Shown here: positions 17,372-26,764 of the stretch, one piece after another
How positions within the stretch are numbered: the first letter of the stretch is position 1
How the letters are laid out: each line of letters begins with the position of its first letter
Origin: Myxococcota bacterium
Lineage (GTDB): Bacteria > Myxococcota_A > SURF-8
Length of the DNA: 64,000 nucleotides
Direction of reading: 5' to 3'
NCBI GenBank assembly: GCA_965140415.1
Contig: OZ223209.1
Coordinates: forward strand, 1,504,001 to 1,568,000
Program-made: the position numbers and the translations under genes
Notes under the pieces: generated by a model
What the model saw: only the letters and a program-made list of their open reading frames with translations
Databases searched by the model: none
Told to the model about the DNA's origin: nothing

Positions 17372-19903
17372 ATGACACGCCCAACAATCATCTTGCTGTT
17401 TCTTGTTGCTCTATTGTGCCTTGTGCTGTTTACGGGCTGTACCCCCGACGATGACTCCAGTTCAAGCGACGGTGACAGCCCGACCGATGGCGACGGCACC
17501 AGCGACGGTGACAGCGACGATCCCGCCAATTCCAACGGTCTGACCATCGCGTCGGTCGTGGTGGTGGCGGACGATGGCGGTAACCTGATCGCCAATCCGG
17601 GTGAAGAAGTTCACGTGCGGGTTTCCGTCCGAAACAGCGGAACGCAACGAATCGAAGGATTGAACGGAAGCCTCGCCAGCAGTAGCCCATACGTCACCAT
17701 GACCTGTGGAATGGGAGTGGCCCTGCAATGGGTGACGGAACTGGAAGTGAACGGCGTACAGGCGCTGGGTTCGACCATGAGTTCCTGTTTTACCAGCGGC
17801 ACCTTTTCCATGACGCTCTCTGCCGAAACACCGGAAAACACCATACTGCCCTTTACCCTGATCTTGTCCGACTACGACATGAACAGCTATCGGCTTACGT
17901 TTTCACTGACCGTCGGTGCAACCAGCACTACAACCGGAATGGTGTTCGACAGCATCGAGGTGCTCTCGGATTCCAACAGCGACGATCTGGTCAGCCCGGG
18001 AGAGCTGGCCGAATTGCGGATTACGCTGCGCAATGCGGGAACGGAAACCTATGAAGAGTTGCAAGGCAGTATCCAATCCAAAACCGAAGGCATTGTGATT
18101 CTGTGCGGGGAAGCGGTTATTTCCGATTCCTACTATTACAGCATTTCCCCCGGCGACACGGTGGATTTGAAAGAAAACGAGGAAGACTGTTACACCAATG
18201 GCACAACCAAGATTCAGGTTTCGCCGAACGTTGCTCCCAATACGAAAGCCAGCTTCGAAATCAACTTGACCGACGATCAGAACGGAACGCATACTGTTAC
18301 TGCCCAATTAACGATTGTCGAACCACAGGGCGATCTGGTGTTCGATTCCGTGCAGGTCATTAGCGATGCCAATAATGACAAGATCGTCAACCCTGGTGAA
18401 GAAGCACAGGTAAAAGTCTTCGTTCGTAACGATGGAACCGCCCGCATCAATCCGCTCAGCGGTACCTTGACCAGCGACAGCGACTACGTCACGATCCTGT
18501 GCGGAGAAGTCGTAAAGACGCGCTGGGATTACGCCATCGAACCGGAGGGGCGCGAGTGGTTGCAGGAAGATCAGGAAAACTGCTATTCCGATGGAACCAT
18601 GAAAATCAAAGTGGCGCAGAATACGCCGCCGGATACCTTGATTCCTTTTACGTTACAACTGACAGATCCCGAGCAAAACATCTATCAGGTGCCGTTTTCC
18701 ATTACCGTATTGGATGCCGGTGGTGCACTGGCGTTTGAATCGGTGGAAATCACACGCGATTCAAACAACGATCATATCGTCAATCCGGGTGAAGAAGCCG
18801 AGTTGAAAGTCACGATCACCAACACCGGTGCAAGTCGCATCACGGCGCTCAATGGAACCCTGCAAAGCAGCAGCGAGTATGTCACCATCCTCTGCGGCGA
18901 AGTTGTCAAGACCTACAGCGATTATTCGCTCGAACCCGAAGAAAGCCAGTTCCTGGTAGAAGCGCAGAGCGACTGCATGAACTATTCCAGTTTCAGCACG
19001 GCGAAAATTCAGATCGATCCGGCGACTCCGGCGGAAACCTCGATTCCCTTCATGCTGAATCTGTCGGATCAGGAAGGCAATGTCTACCAGATTCCATTCG
19101 CAATTACGGTGCAGGAGCCGGGCGGGGAACTGGCATTCGATTCGCTGGAGATTCTGACCGACTCGAATAACGACGATTTGCTTTCCCCCGGAGAATGGGC
19201 CGACGTTCGCATTTTCGTCACCAATACCGGCAGCAGCCGCATTACGCCGCTTAATGGAACGCTGATGAGCACGAGTCCTTACGTGACTTTCCTGTGCGGC
19301 GAAGTGGTAAAAGTTTACAATGATTATCAACTGGAACCGGATGAGCGCCAGTATCTGGCCGAAAACGAAAGTGATTGCACGATTAGCGGTTCCATGAAGA
19401 TTCAACTCGAACAGGACACCCCCATTGGAGCCGAGTTGCCATTCATTCTGAATATGGCCGATGAGCAAGGGCATGGATATCGGGTGGAATTCAGCATGAC
19501 CGTACAGCAGAATGACGGCCTGCTGGAGTACGACCGTCTCGAAATCCTGAATGATACCAATAACGATCACATCCTGACTCCGGGCGAGCGCGGAGATGTG
19601 AAAGTGTATGTTGAAAACACGGGAACCGCCCGCATCACCAATCTGATCGGCGCCTTATCCACTACCAGCAATTACGCCACCATCGAGTGTGGCCATCAAA
19701 TTCACGTGGATTGGGATCGAGTGCTTGACCCGGGTGACATTCAAATGTTAAGTGAATACGACAGCAACTGTAGTTGCTCTGGAACGATGAAGGTCACGAT
19801 CTCATCTAGCGCCCCGCAAGGCCAGTCAATTCCTTTCCGTGCGGACCTGTACGACCGGGAAGGCCAGCTATGGAGTGTGTCCTTTTCCTTAACGGTTCAA
19901 TAG
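17372..19903 (+). CDS. Lipoprotein with six tandem ~130-aa Ig-like repeats
   Basis: Lipobox LFTGC, DGD linker, six D-x-N-x-D...PGE repeats each with a CG-x(~25)-C loop. Confidence 0.85.
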   Translation: MTRPTIILLFLVALLCLVLFTGCTPDDDSSSSDGDSPTDGDGTSDGDSDDPANSNGLTIASVVVVADDGGNLIANPGEEVHVRVSVRNSGTQRIEGLNGSLASSSPYVTMTCGMGVALQWVTELEVNGVQALGSTMSSCFTSGTFSMTLSAETPENTILPFTLILSDYDMNSYRLTFSLTVGATSTTTGMVFDSIEVLSDSNSDDLVSPGELAELRITLRNAGTETYEELQGSIQSKTEGIVILCGEAVISDSYYYSISPGDTVDLKENEEDCYTNGTTKIQVSPNVAPNTKASFEINLTDDQNGTHTVTAQLTIVEPQGDLVFDSVQVISDANNDKIVNPGEEAQVKVFVRNDGTARINPLSGTLTSDSDYVTILCGEVVKTRWDYAIEPEGREWLQEDQENCYSDGTMKIKVAQNTPPDTLIPFTLQLTDPEQNIYQVPFSITVLDAGGALAFESVEITRDSNNDHIVNPGEEAELKVTITNTGASRITALNGTLQSSSEYVTILCGEVVKTYSDYSLEPEESQFLVEAQSDCMNYSSFSTAKIQIDPATPAETSIPFMLNLSDQEGNVYQIPFAITVQEPGGELAFDSLEILTDSNNDDLLSPGEWADVRIFVTNTGSSRITPLNGTLMSTSPYVTFLCGEVVKVYNDYQLEPDERQYLAENESDCTISGSMKIQLEQDTPIGAELPFILNMADEQGHGYRVEFSMTVQQNDGLLEYDRLEILNDTNNDHILTPGERGDVKVYVENTGTARITNLIGALSTTSNYATIECGHQIHVDWDRVLDPGDIQMLSEYDSNCSCSGTMKVTISSSAPQGQSIPFRADLYDREGQLWSVSFSLTVQ

Positions 19904-20005
19904 TCGAAGCTTTGAGCAGGTATCCTGCGAGGTGCATCGACGTTTAGCCGTGAAAAACGTGGAAGCTGAAAATTTGTAGTTCAGTATCAAGAAGTGGAGG
20001 GTGAT

Positions 20006-21451
20006 GTGACGGACACGAACGTACGAATTCCGAAAGAGGGCAGGGACAAGCAGGCCGTACTCGATGATATGAAAAGCTTCGGTCAAGACGACGCCAAATA
20101 CAAAGATGGCCGCACGTGGAGCCTGGTCTATTACCTTGGAGAAGAATATACCGATTTCCTGAAACAGGCGCATGGCTTGTACTTCTCTGAAAACGGTCTG
20201 AATCCGATGGCGTTTAAAAGCCTGAAACGCTTTGAAAAAGACGTTGTCAGCATGGCTGCCAACCTTTTCCACGGCGACCACGACACCGTCGGCACCATGA
20301 CCAGCGGTGGTACGGAAAGTTGCTTGTTGGCGGTTAAAACCTACCGCGATCTGGCGCGCGCCAAGCGCCCCTGGATTCGTCACCCCGAGATGATCGTTCC
20401 CGAATCGATTCACGTCGCTTTTGAAAAAGGGGCGGAATACTTTGGCTTGAAGATCGTGCATGCCCCGGTCGGCAAGGACTTCCGGGTAAATGTCAAAGCC
20501 GTGAAAAAGCTGATCAATCGCAATACGGTCATGTTGGTGGGCAGCGCTCCCTGCTACCCGCACGGCGTGGTGGACCCCATCGAGGAACTGGGCCGCTTGG
20601 CGCAGAAAAAGAAAATCCCACTGCACGTGGATTCCTGTGTCGGTGGCTTTATGCTGCCTTGGGTCGAAAAGCTCGGCTACAAAGTGCCGCCGTTCGACTT
20701 CCGCGTGCCGGGTGTCACCTCGATTTCTGCGGATGTTCACAAATACGGCTACAGCGCCAAAGGCGCTTCCGTTATCGTGTACCGCAATATCGATTACTTG
20801 AAGCACCAGTTCTTTGCCTATACCGACTGGTCGGGTGGCATCTACATTTCCCCGGCGCTGCTGGGTACTCGTCCTGGTGGCTCCATCGCAGCAGCCTGGG
20901 CAGCGATGCAGGCCATGGGTGAAAACGGCTATTTGGAGCGTGCCCGCGCGATCATGGACACGACGCGCAAATTGATCGACGGCGTCAACGCCATTCCCGA
21001 ATTGCAGGTACTGGGCGAACCGACCATGAGCGTCTTCGCCTATCGTTCCATTGATCAGGATGTCAACATCTACGCAGTCGGCGATCAGATGGAGGAAAAG
21101 GGCTGGCACATCGACCGGCAGCAGAAACCGGAAGCGCTGCACGGCATGGTTTCTCCCACCCATGCGGCAGTGACGGAAAAATATTTGCAGGATCTGCGTG
21201 ACTCGGTAGCTTTCGTCAAGGCGCACCCCGAAATGGGAACGAAAGGGAATGCCGCCATGTACGGCATGGTCGCCCACATTCCGATGCGCGGCATGATCAA
21301 AAAGAACGTGCTTAAGCTGATGGAAGGCATGTACGGACCGGATGGCGAACTGCCGGATATCGAAGGCGCGGGTCAGGCCGACGATCTGGCCACCAAACTG
21401 GGTATGATGTACGTGAAGGTAAAAAGCGAAGTGATGAAAAAGCTGTCTTGA
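20006..21451 (+). CDS. Sphingosine-1-phosphate lyase-like PLP-dependent enzyme (group II decarboxylase family)
   Basis: GTMTSGGTES, HVAFEKG, LHVDSCVGGF, SISADVHKYGY (PLP lysine), W.GGIY.SP...GTRPG. GTG 20006 follows GGAGG. Confidence 0.85.
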   Translation: MTDTNVRIPKEGRDKQAVLDDMKSFGQDDAKYKDGRTWSLVYYLGEEYTDFLKQAHGLYFSENGLNPMAFKSLKRFEKDVVSMAANLFHGDHDTVGTMTSGGTESCLLAVKTYRDLARAKRPWIRHPEMIVPESIHVAFEKGAEYFGLKIVHAPVGKDFRVNVKAVKKLINRNTVMLVGSAPCYPHGVVDPIEELGRLAQKKKIPLHVDSCVGGFMLPWVEKLGYKVPPFDFRVPGVTSISADVHKYGYSAKGASVIVYRNIDYLKHQFFAYTDWSGGIYISPALLGTRPGGSIAAAWAAMQAMGENGYLERARAIMDTTRKLIDGVNAIPELQVLGEPTMSVFAYRSIDQDVNIYAVGDQMEEKGWHIDRQQKPEALHGMVSPTHAAVTEKYLQDLRDSVAFVKAHPEMGTKGNAAMYGMVAHIPMRGMIKKNVLKLMEGMYGPDGELPDIEGAGQADDLATKLGMMYVKVKSEVMKKLS

Positions 21452-21476
21452 TCAGCTAGTATAAAGCGTTTCTTAC

Positions 21477-21508
21477 AAACGACGCCGCCAGCAAGCGGCG
21501 TCGTTTTT
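21477..21508. terminator. Probably bidirectional Rho-independent terminator
   Basis: AAACGACGCCGC/GCGGCGTCGTTT stem with T tract, between convergent genes. Confidence 0.85.
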
Positions 21509-21550
21509 GGTTACAAGGTGGCTATATTCTTGGGTCACACTTGGAAAGCG

Positions 21551-22114
21551 TTACAATTCCATTTCATGGTCATCGATCTCAGTGCTTTCTGCATCCTCAT
21601 CGTCGCTATCACCGGCTTCGTTGTTCTCCTGCTCCAATTCCGATGTCTCCAGGTCGCCATCGCTTAGATCCGGTTGACAACTCGCTCCTCCGTAGCCGTC
21701 GCCAACACAACGCTCATCTTCTCCACAATCGTCCTCCAACGTTGCTTGGCATTCTCCACCTGTCATACAAGGACCACAGCTTACCGTTTCCAAGCGCCAG
21801 ACATCTCCCTCATAACACCACAAGCCATCCTCGAAGGCTCCCCGGTCTCTCCAGGTCTGATCGAATTCACAAGGATAGTCGCAGGAACCGAGTGGAATCT
21901 CGCAATCGCCATCGGCATTGTCTTCAATATCGTTCTCATTCTCAGTGGTTTCGGTATCTATTTCTGTTTCAGAGTCGCCATCCGGAACAGTTTCCTGTTC
22001 CTGAACCTCGGAATCTCCATCTGTTGCATCGTTTTCACTGTCGTCGCATGCAAACAAGCTGCAACAAACCAAGATCAAGAAAAGAGCTCCAAGTATTTTA
22101 TATCCCTTTGACAT
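21551..22114 (-). CDS. Acidic Cys-containing lipoprotein with DGD motifs
   Basis: RBS AAGGAG before ATG 22114; lipobox SLFAC; TDGD/PDGD/ADGD/SDGD. Confidence 0.75.
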   Translation of the reverse strand: MSKGYKILGALFLILVCCSLFACDDSENDATDGDSEVQEQETVPDGDSETEIDTETTENENDIEDNADGDCEIPLGSCDYPCEFDQTWRDRGAFEDGLWCYEGDVWRLETVSCGPCMTGGECQATLEDDCGEDERCVGDGYGGASCQPDLSDGDLETSELEQENNEAGDSDDEDAESTEIDDHEMEL

Positions 22115-22445
22115 GTCGATCTCCTTCCCCGTCATGTTTCGGGTTTACGAAAAGTGTATAAAAGATTGTATTGTTGTAACAATAGCAAAAACTGAACCAC
22201 ATTCTCGAATGTGCGTAACATGACAGTATTCTTGATGTTTTAGGGAGTTATGCAAAGAATAGCATCGAAACTTGCACTACAATCAAGACAATTATGTCAG
22301 GTTTCCTAACTCCCTTTCCCACTGGTGCTGCATAGCACGCTAAAGTACGAGGCGCATACCTAATTGACGAATCTTTGACAATTCGGTACATTTCAAGCAT
22401 GTACATTTAGGCCATCTGCCTGACATAACAAGAGGATCATTCATC

Positions 22446-24626
22446 ATGACACAAACTGCCAGATTTATTCGCGTGCAAACAGTCTTCCTTTGTGCATTGC
22501 TGACGCTTTTTCTTCTTGTAACCCACGCCTGTTCTTCCGATTCCGACGATCCGGTCGTGGACGGTGACAGTGAAAGTACGGATGGTGATGCAAACAGTGA
22601 TTTTAGCGCCTTGAGTAATGAGTTGCAGTTGCATCTCAGCGAAGCGGGGGATATCGAGTTGCATCTGGGCGAACGCAGCCTGTTGGCGCTCTCCGGCAAA
22701 TCGGGACTGCTCACGCGCCGCTATGACGAAACGGTGGAAAGCTCGTTCGGTCAATACAAGTTCACCCGTTCGAATGAAGAGAAAATCGAATTGCTTCGCA
22801 GTGACGAAGCCCCGATTCAAGGAAAAGATAGCTACTTGATGCACTACGCTGCTTCAGACGACTCTATAAGCGCAGAGTTGCAGATCAGCGTGGTCGATGA
22901 TGACACTTCGCGCATGACCTTTACTCTTAGCGGCCAAGAGGTCGATTCCTTTTCGATTCCTCTCCGCTGCGATGAAGAGGCGACATTCCACGGTTTCGGT
23001 GAGCAATACAACGGCACCGACCAGCGCGGCGAAGCCTTCCGCCTGATGGTTTCCGAGCAGGGCATTGGGCGGGAACCCTCGATGGAAGGGGGACTGTGGA
23101 TGGTCAACGGAAATCAGCACACGACCTATTTTCCCATGCCCTATTTCATCAATGCCACAGGTGGATACGGTGTCTTGCTTGAAACCGACTACCGCAGCTA
23201 TGTCGATCTGTGCCAGAGCGACGAAGACATTGCCTGGTTCGAAGTCACTTCCAATGAGCCTCTGTCCCTGCTGCTCTTTCACGGTCCTCAAACCCTAGAC
23301 GTGATCGAACAACTTGGTAGACAGATCGGAAGGCCTGCTGCTCCACCGCAATGGGCGTATGAAGCCTGGATGTGTACCCAGGGTGGACCGGCGGAAGTGG
23401 AACGCAAAGTTGCAGAGTTGGAAGCGGCGCAGGTGCCTTTCGGGGCGATCTGGGTGCAGGACTGGACCGGGAAACGGGAGAATATCGGTGGTGGCTCCGG
23501 CGTGGAATATCGCTGGGAACATGATAGCAGCTACTATCCCGATCTTGCCGGGCTGGTTGCATCCATGCACGAAAAGGAAATCAAAGTATTAGCCTACGTC
23601 AATCCCTTCGTACAGCAGGAATTACCCAATCATTTCGAAGAAATGGACGAACAAGGACTGTTGGTGAAAAATCCGGAAAGCGGCGAAAGCTACATCTTTA
23701 CCAGTCCCGCCGGGCAAGCTGGAAACCCGGACTTTACCAATCCGGCTGCCGTTCAATATGTACAAAATGCCCTGTCTAACATCGTGACCGAGTTGGGAAT
23801 CGATGGCTGGATGAGCGATTTCGGCGAATACCTGCCACTGGACGTGCAACTTTCCGATGGCAGCGATCCACGGGCCTATCATAATCGCTATCCGATCGAA
23901 TGGACGCGCATGACCCGCGAAGTCATGGATGAGTTGCGTCCAAATGGTGATTGGGTCATGTTCAGCCGCTCCGGCTGGACCGGTTCGCAAGCCGTGGCGC
24001 AGATTCACTGGGTGGGCGATCAGGAAGCGACCTGGAGTGAGTATGACGGCCTGCCGACCGTCGTTCCGGCCATGCTGAATCTAGGGTTGTGCGGGCAGCC
24101 CTACGTTACGCATGATATCGCTGGCTTTTCTGGCGGTCCCAGCAGCAAGGAACTTTTCATGCGCTGGACGGAACTTGGGGCTTTCACACCGATTATGCGC
24201 ACGCACGACGGCAACAACAAGGACGAAAACTGGTACTGGAACCGGGACCAGGAAACTGCCGCTCATTTCAAGCGGTTTGCCAAGATTCACCAGGTGCTCA
24301 TTCCGGATTTTGTGGCGCTTTCCGAGCAGGCGCAGCAGAGCGGCGCTCCAATCCTGCGACATCTGATGCTGGTTTTCCCGAACGATTCCAATTGCCTGGA
24401 TATTTCCGACCAATTCATGATCGGCGATGCGCTACTGGTTGCACCGGTGACGGCAGAAGGTGCAACAACTCGCTCCGTCTATTTTCCGCCGGGTGATTGG
24501 TACAATGTCTGGACGGGAGAGAAAGTGGAAGGTGGCCAACGTATGGACGTACAAGCGCCGATTGGATCGCCGCCAGTATACGCTTTTGGCTCCGATCGAG
24601 CAGACCTGCGTGCAATCACGGAATAA
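22446..24626 (+). CDS. GH31 glycoside hydrolase lipoprotein, YihQ/sulfoquinovosidase-like
   Basis: FHGFGEQY, IWVQDWTG, nucleophile WMSDFGEYLP, acid/base HWVGDQ, ELFMRWTELGAFTPIMRTHDG; N-terminal lipobox-like THAC and DGD linker. Confidence 0.88.
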   Translation: MTQTARFIRVQTVFLCALLTLFLLVTHACSSDSDDPVVDGDSESTDGDANSDFSALSNELQLHLSEAGDIELHLGERSLLALSGKSGLLTRRYDETVESSFGQYKFTRSNEEKIELLRSDEAPIQGKDSYLMHYAASDDSISAELQISVVDDDTSRMTFTLSGQEVDSFSIPLRCDEEATFHGFGEQYNGTDQRGEAFRLMVSEQGIGREPSMEGGLWMVNGNQHTTYFPMPYFINATGGYGVLLETDYRSYVDLCQSDEDIAWFEVTSNEPLSLLLFHGPQTLDVIEQLGRQIGRPAAPPQWAYEAWMCTQGGPAEVERKVAELEAAQVPFGAIWVQDWTGKRENIGGGSGVEYRWEHDSSYYPDLAGLVASMHEKEIKVLAYVNPFVQQELPNHFEEMDEQGLLVKNPESGESYIFTSPAGQAGNPDFTNPAAVQYVQNALSNIVTELGIDGWMSDFGEYLPLDVQLSDGSDPRAYHNRYPIEWTRMTREVMDELRPNGDWVMFSRSGWTGSQAVAQIHWVGDQEATWSEYDGLPTVVPAMLNLGLCGQPYVTHDIAGFSGGPSSKELFMRWTELGAFTPIMRTHDGNNKDENWYWNRDQETAAHFKRFAKIHQVLIPDFVALSEQAQQSGAPILRHLMLVFPNDSNCLDISDQFMIGDALLVAPVTAEGATTRSVYFPPGDWYNVWTGEKVEGGQRMDVQAPIGSPPVYAFGSDRADLRAITE

Positions 24627-24669
24627 GGATCTTATTTCGTAGTAAATCTATGATATTGGGGGATTGATA

Positions 24670-24846
24670 TCAATCGGACTTGCCGTTTTCCGGTTCCGCA
24701 GCGGACGGCGTTTCTGCGGTCGCATCCTTATCCGGATTCAGGATGGGATGCTCGCAATAGTGGAAGCGCATCCAGAATGCGAATGCAACCACAATAAAAA
24801 TAATCAGCTTATAGCGCAGCTTGATCTTTCTTTTCGCATTTGCCAT
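24670..24846 (-). CDS. Small single-pass membrane protein (58 aa)
   Basis: RBS GAGG before ATG 24846; basic N-terminus, one TM helix, low-complexity tail. Confidence 0.5.
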   Translation of the reverse strand: MANAKRKIKLRYKLIIFIVVAFAFWMRFHYCEHPILNPDKDATAETPSAAEPENGKSD

Positions 24847-25009
24847 TCGTATCCTCAACAGGCTATTGATTTCGTCCGATTTGAACCTGCATATAGCACG
24901 TCTATTCGGTTCTGGTCAAAGAGAAACATTCGATAGAAAATGGAATTCGCCTTGCGCAGGTGGCGTTCGGTGAACGGGTTGGCTTTGCTGTTGAGGTGGT
25001 TGTAACCAT

Positions 25010-25039
25010 AAAAAATGCCGCCCCTCCCCAGGGGCGGCG
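25010..25039 (-). terminator. Rho-independent terminator
   Basis: GCCGCCCCT/AGGGGCGGC stem + T tract on the minus strand after the MFS gene. Confidence 0.8.
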
Positions 25040-25080
25040 AACTCTCATTTTCGGCAAAAGACCGAAAAAGGAGTGATTGC

Positions 25081-26391
25081 TTATGCTTGCGCAGCCAACG
25101 CCTCGGCTTCTTCGGCCTCGGCTTCGGCACCCTTGCGAGCGATGGCGCGGCTGACGAAGGTCAGCACGGCGGCGATGATCATCAGAGCGCCCGCCACCAC
25201 GAAGGTGATCTTGGAATTGCCGGTGGCGTCGATGATGGCACCGTTGACGCGCGGCAGAATCAGGCCGCCCACGCCCCAGGCGGTGAACATGATGCCGTAG
25301 TTCATGCCGAAGTTCTTCAGGCCAAAGTAATCTTTGGTGGCCGAGGGGAACAGGGTCAGGTTGGCACCGTAGTTCGCACCGGCGATCAGGATGATGGCCA
25401 GCAGCATGATCGCGTTATCCTGAACGAAGATCAAGGAGGTGACCATCAGCGCCTGCAGTACGAAGGCACCGAACATCGTCCACTGACGACCTATTTTGTC
25501 GGACACGATACCGGACAGAATACGACCGCCCGCGTTACCGATGGAGAGTACGACGACCACATAGAAGGCCGCTTCGCCCAAGGAGGCCACGCCCAGTTTC
25601 TTGGCAATACCGATCAGCATCAGGCCGGTAGCCGCGCCGCAGGCGTACATGAACCACAGCATCCAGAACTGCGGAGTTTTGATCATTTCTTTCCAGTTCA
25701 TCTCTACGCCCATGGTTGCAGGAGCCGGAGCGGAAGAACCGTCAGCCGCTTTGGGTGCCGCTTTTTCCGCCGGTTTGTAACCAGCCGGGGGATTCTTGAT
25801 GAATTGCGCCAGCACGACGACCACGACCAAGAAGGCCACGCCCAGTGTCAGCATGGTTTTGGAAACGCCCATTTCCATCACGCCGTTGACTTCGGTGGCA
25901 TAGCTTTTCAACAGCGAGGTAGCCAAGGGAGCGATGTACACGGAAGCCAGACCGAAACCGGCCACGACCAGACCCGCGATTTTACCGGTCATTGAAGGGG
26001 GGAACCATTTGACGGCTGCCGGCGTGGCGGCGGCGTAACCGAAGCCGATGCCGATGGCGGCGACAACACCGAAACCGGCGACGAAACCGGCCAGCGAGCT
26101 ACCGGCCAAACCGGAAATGATGCAGCCCAGACCGATCAGCACGCCGCCGATGGTCACGACCCATTTCGGACCGATTTTGTCTTGCAGGCGACCGGCGGGG
26201 ATCATCGCCAGCGCGAAAACGAAGCACGCCACTGCGTAAGGCAGCGATTTGGCAGAGGCATCCCAACCCCAAGATTCCGGAATTCCACCGGAAATGACAC
26301 TCCAGGTGTACAGAACACCCAAAGCGAGGTTTACGCCCGTACCCGAAGCGGTTACGAGCCAGCCGCTGTTCGAAGATTGTGAGTCACTCAT
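25081..26391 (-). CDS. OFA-family (oxalate/formate antiporter-like) MFS transporter
   Basis: LGVLYTWSV, GRLQDKIGPK, KWFPP..G...GLVVAGFG, DYFG.KNFG.NYG; about 12 TMs; GGAGG before ATG 26391. Confidence 0.9.
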   Translation of the reverse strand: MSDSQSSNSGWLVTASGTGVNLALGVLYTWSVISGGIPESWGWDASAKSLPYAVACFVFALAMIPAGRLQDKIGPKWVVTIGGVLIGLGCIISGLAGSSLAGFVAGFGVVAAIGIGFGYAAATPAAVKWFPPSMTGKIAGLVVAGFGLASVYIAPLATSLLKSYATEVNGVMEMGVSKTMLTLGVAFLVVVVVLAQFIKNPPAGYKPAEKAAPKAADGSSAPAPATMGVEMNWKEMIKTPQFWMLWFMYACGAATGLMLIGIAKKLGVASLGEAAFYVVVVLSIGNAGGRILSGIVSDKIGRQWTMFGAFVLQALMVTSLIFVQDNAIMLLAIILIAGANYGANLTLFPSATKDYFGLKNFGMNYGIMFTAWGVGGLILPRVNGAIIDATGNSKITFVVAGALMIIAAVLTFVSRAIARKGAEAEAEEAEALAAQA

Positions 26392-26764
26392 TGTTACCTC
26401 CATGTTCAGGTTTCAGCACTCAGGTTGATACAAAAAACGCTACAATTTCAATAAGCTCGGTTGGTTGGTCAATCCACTCACCTGAACTGTGCGGTTGGTG
26501 AACACAGATAGGTGAATTCTGAATCAGTATTCATTTAACATAACGCTCTGCGTAATAACAGAGTGCCGGGCACTTGTCAAATCAATTTCCCGGAAAGTAC
26601 GGAAGAAAATTCCTCTAGGTATTATAACAAGAAGGAATGGGTAAGAAAATTGGGGGGAGATTGAAGCAAGCATCACGAAAAAGTTCCCGTAGAGTAATAC
26701 ATATTGCTTGATTTTTTATGAGAACGACTGTTAGCATGAGAATAAATCAGCTTAGAAAACACAG

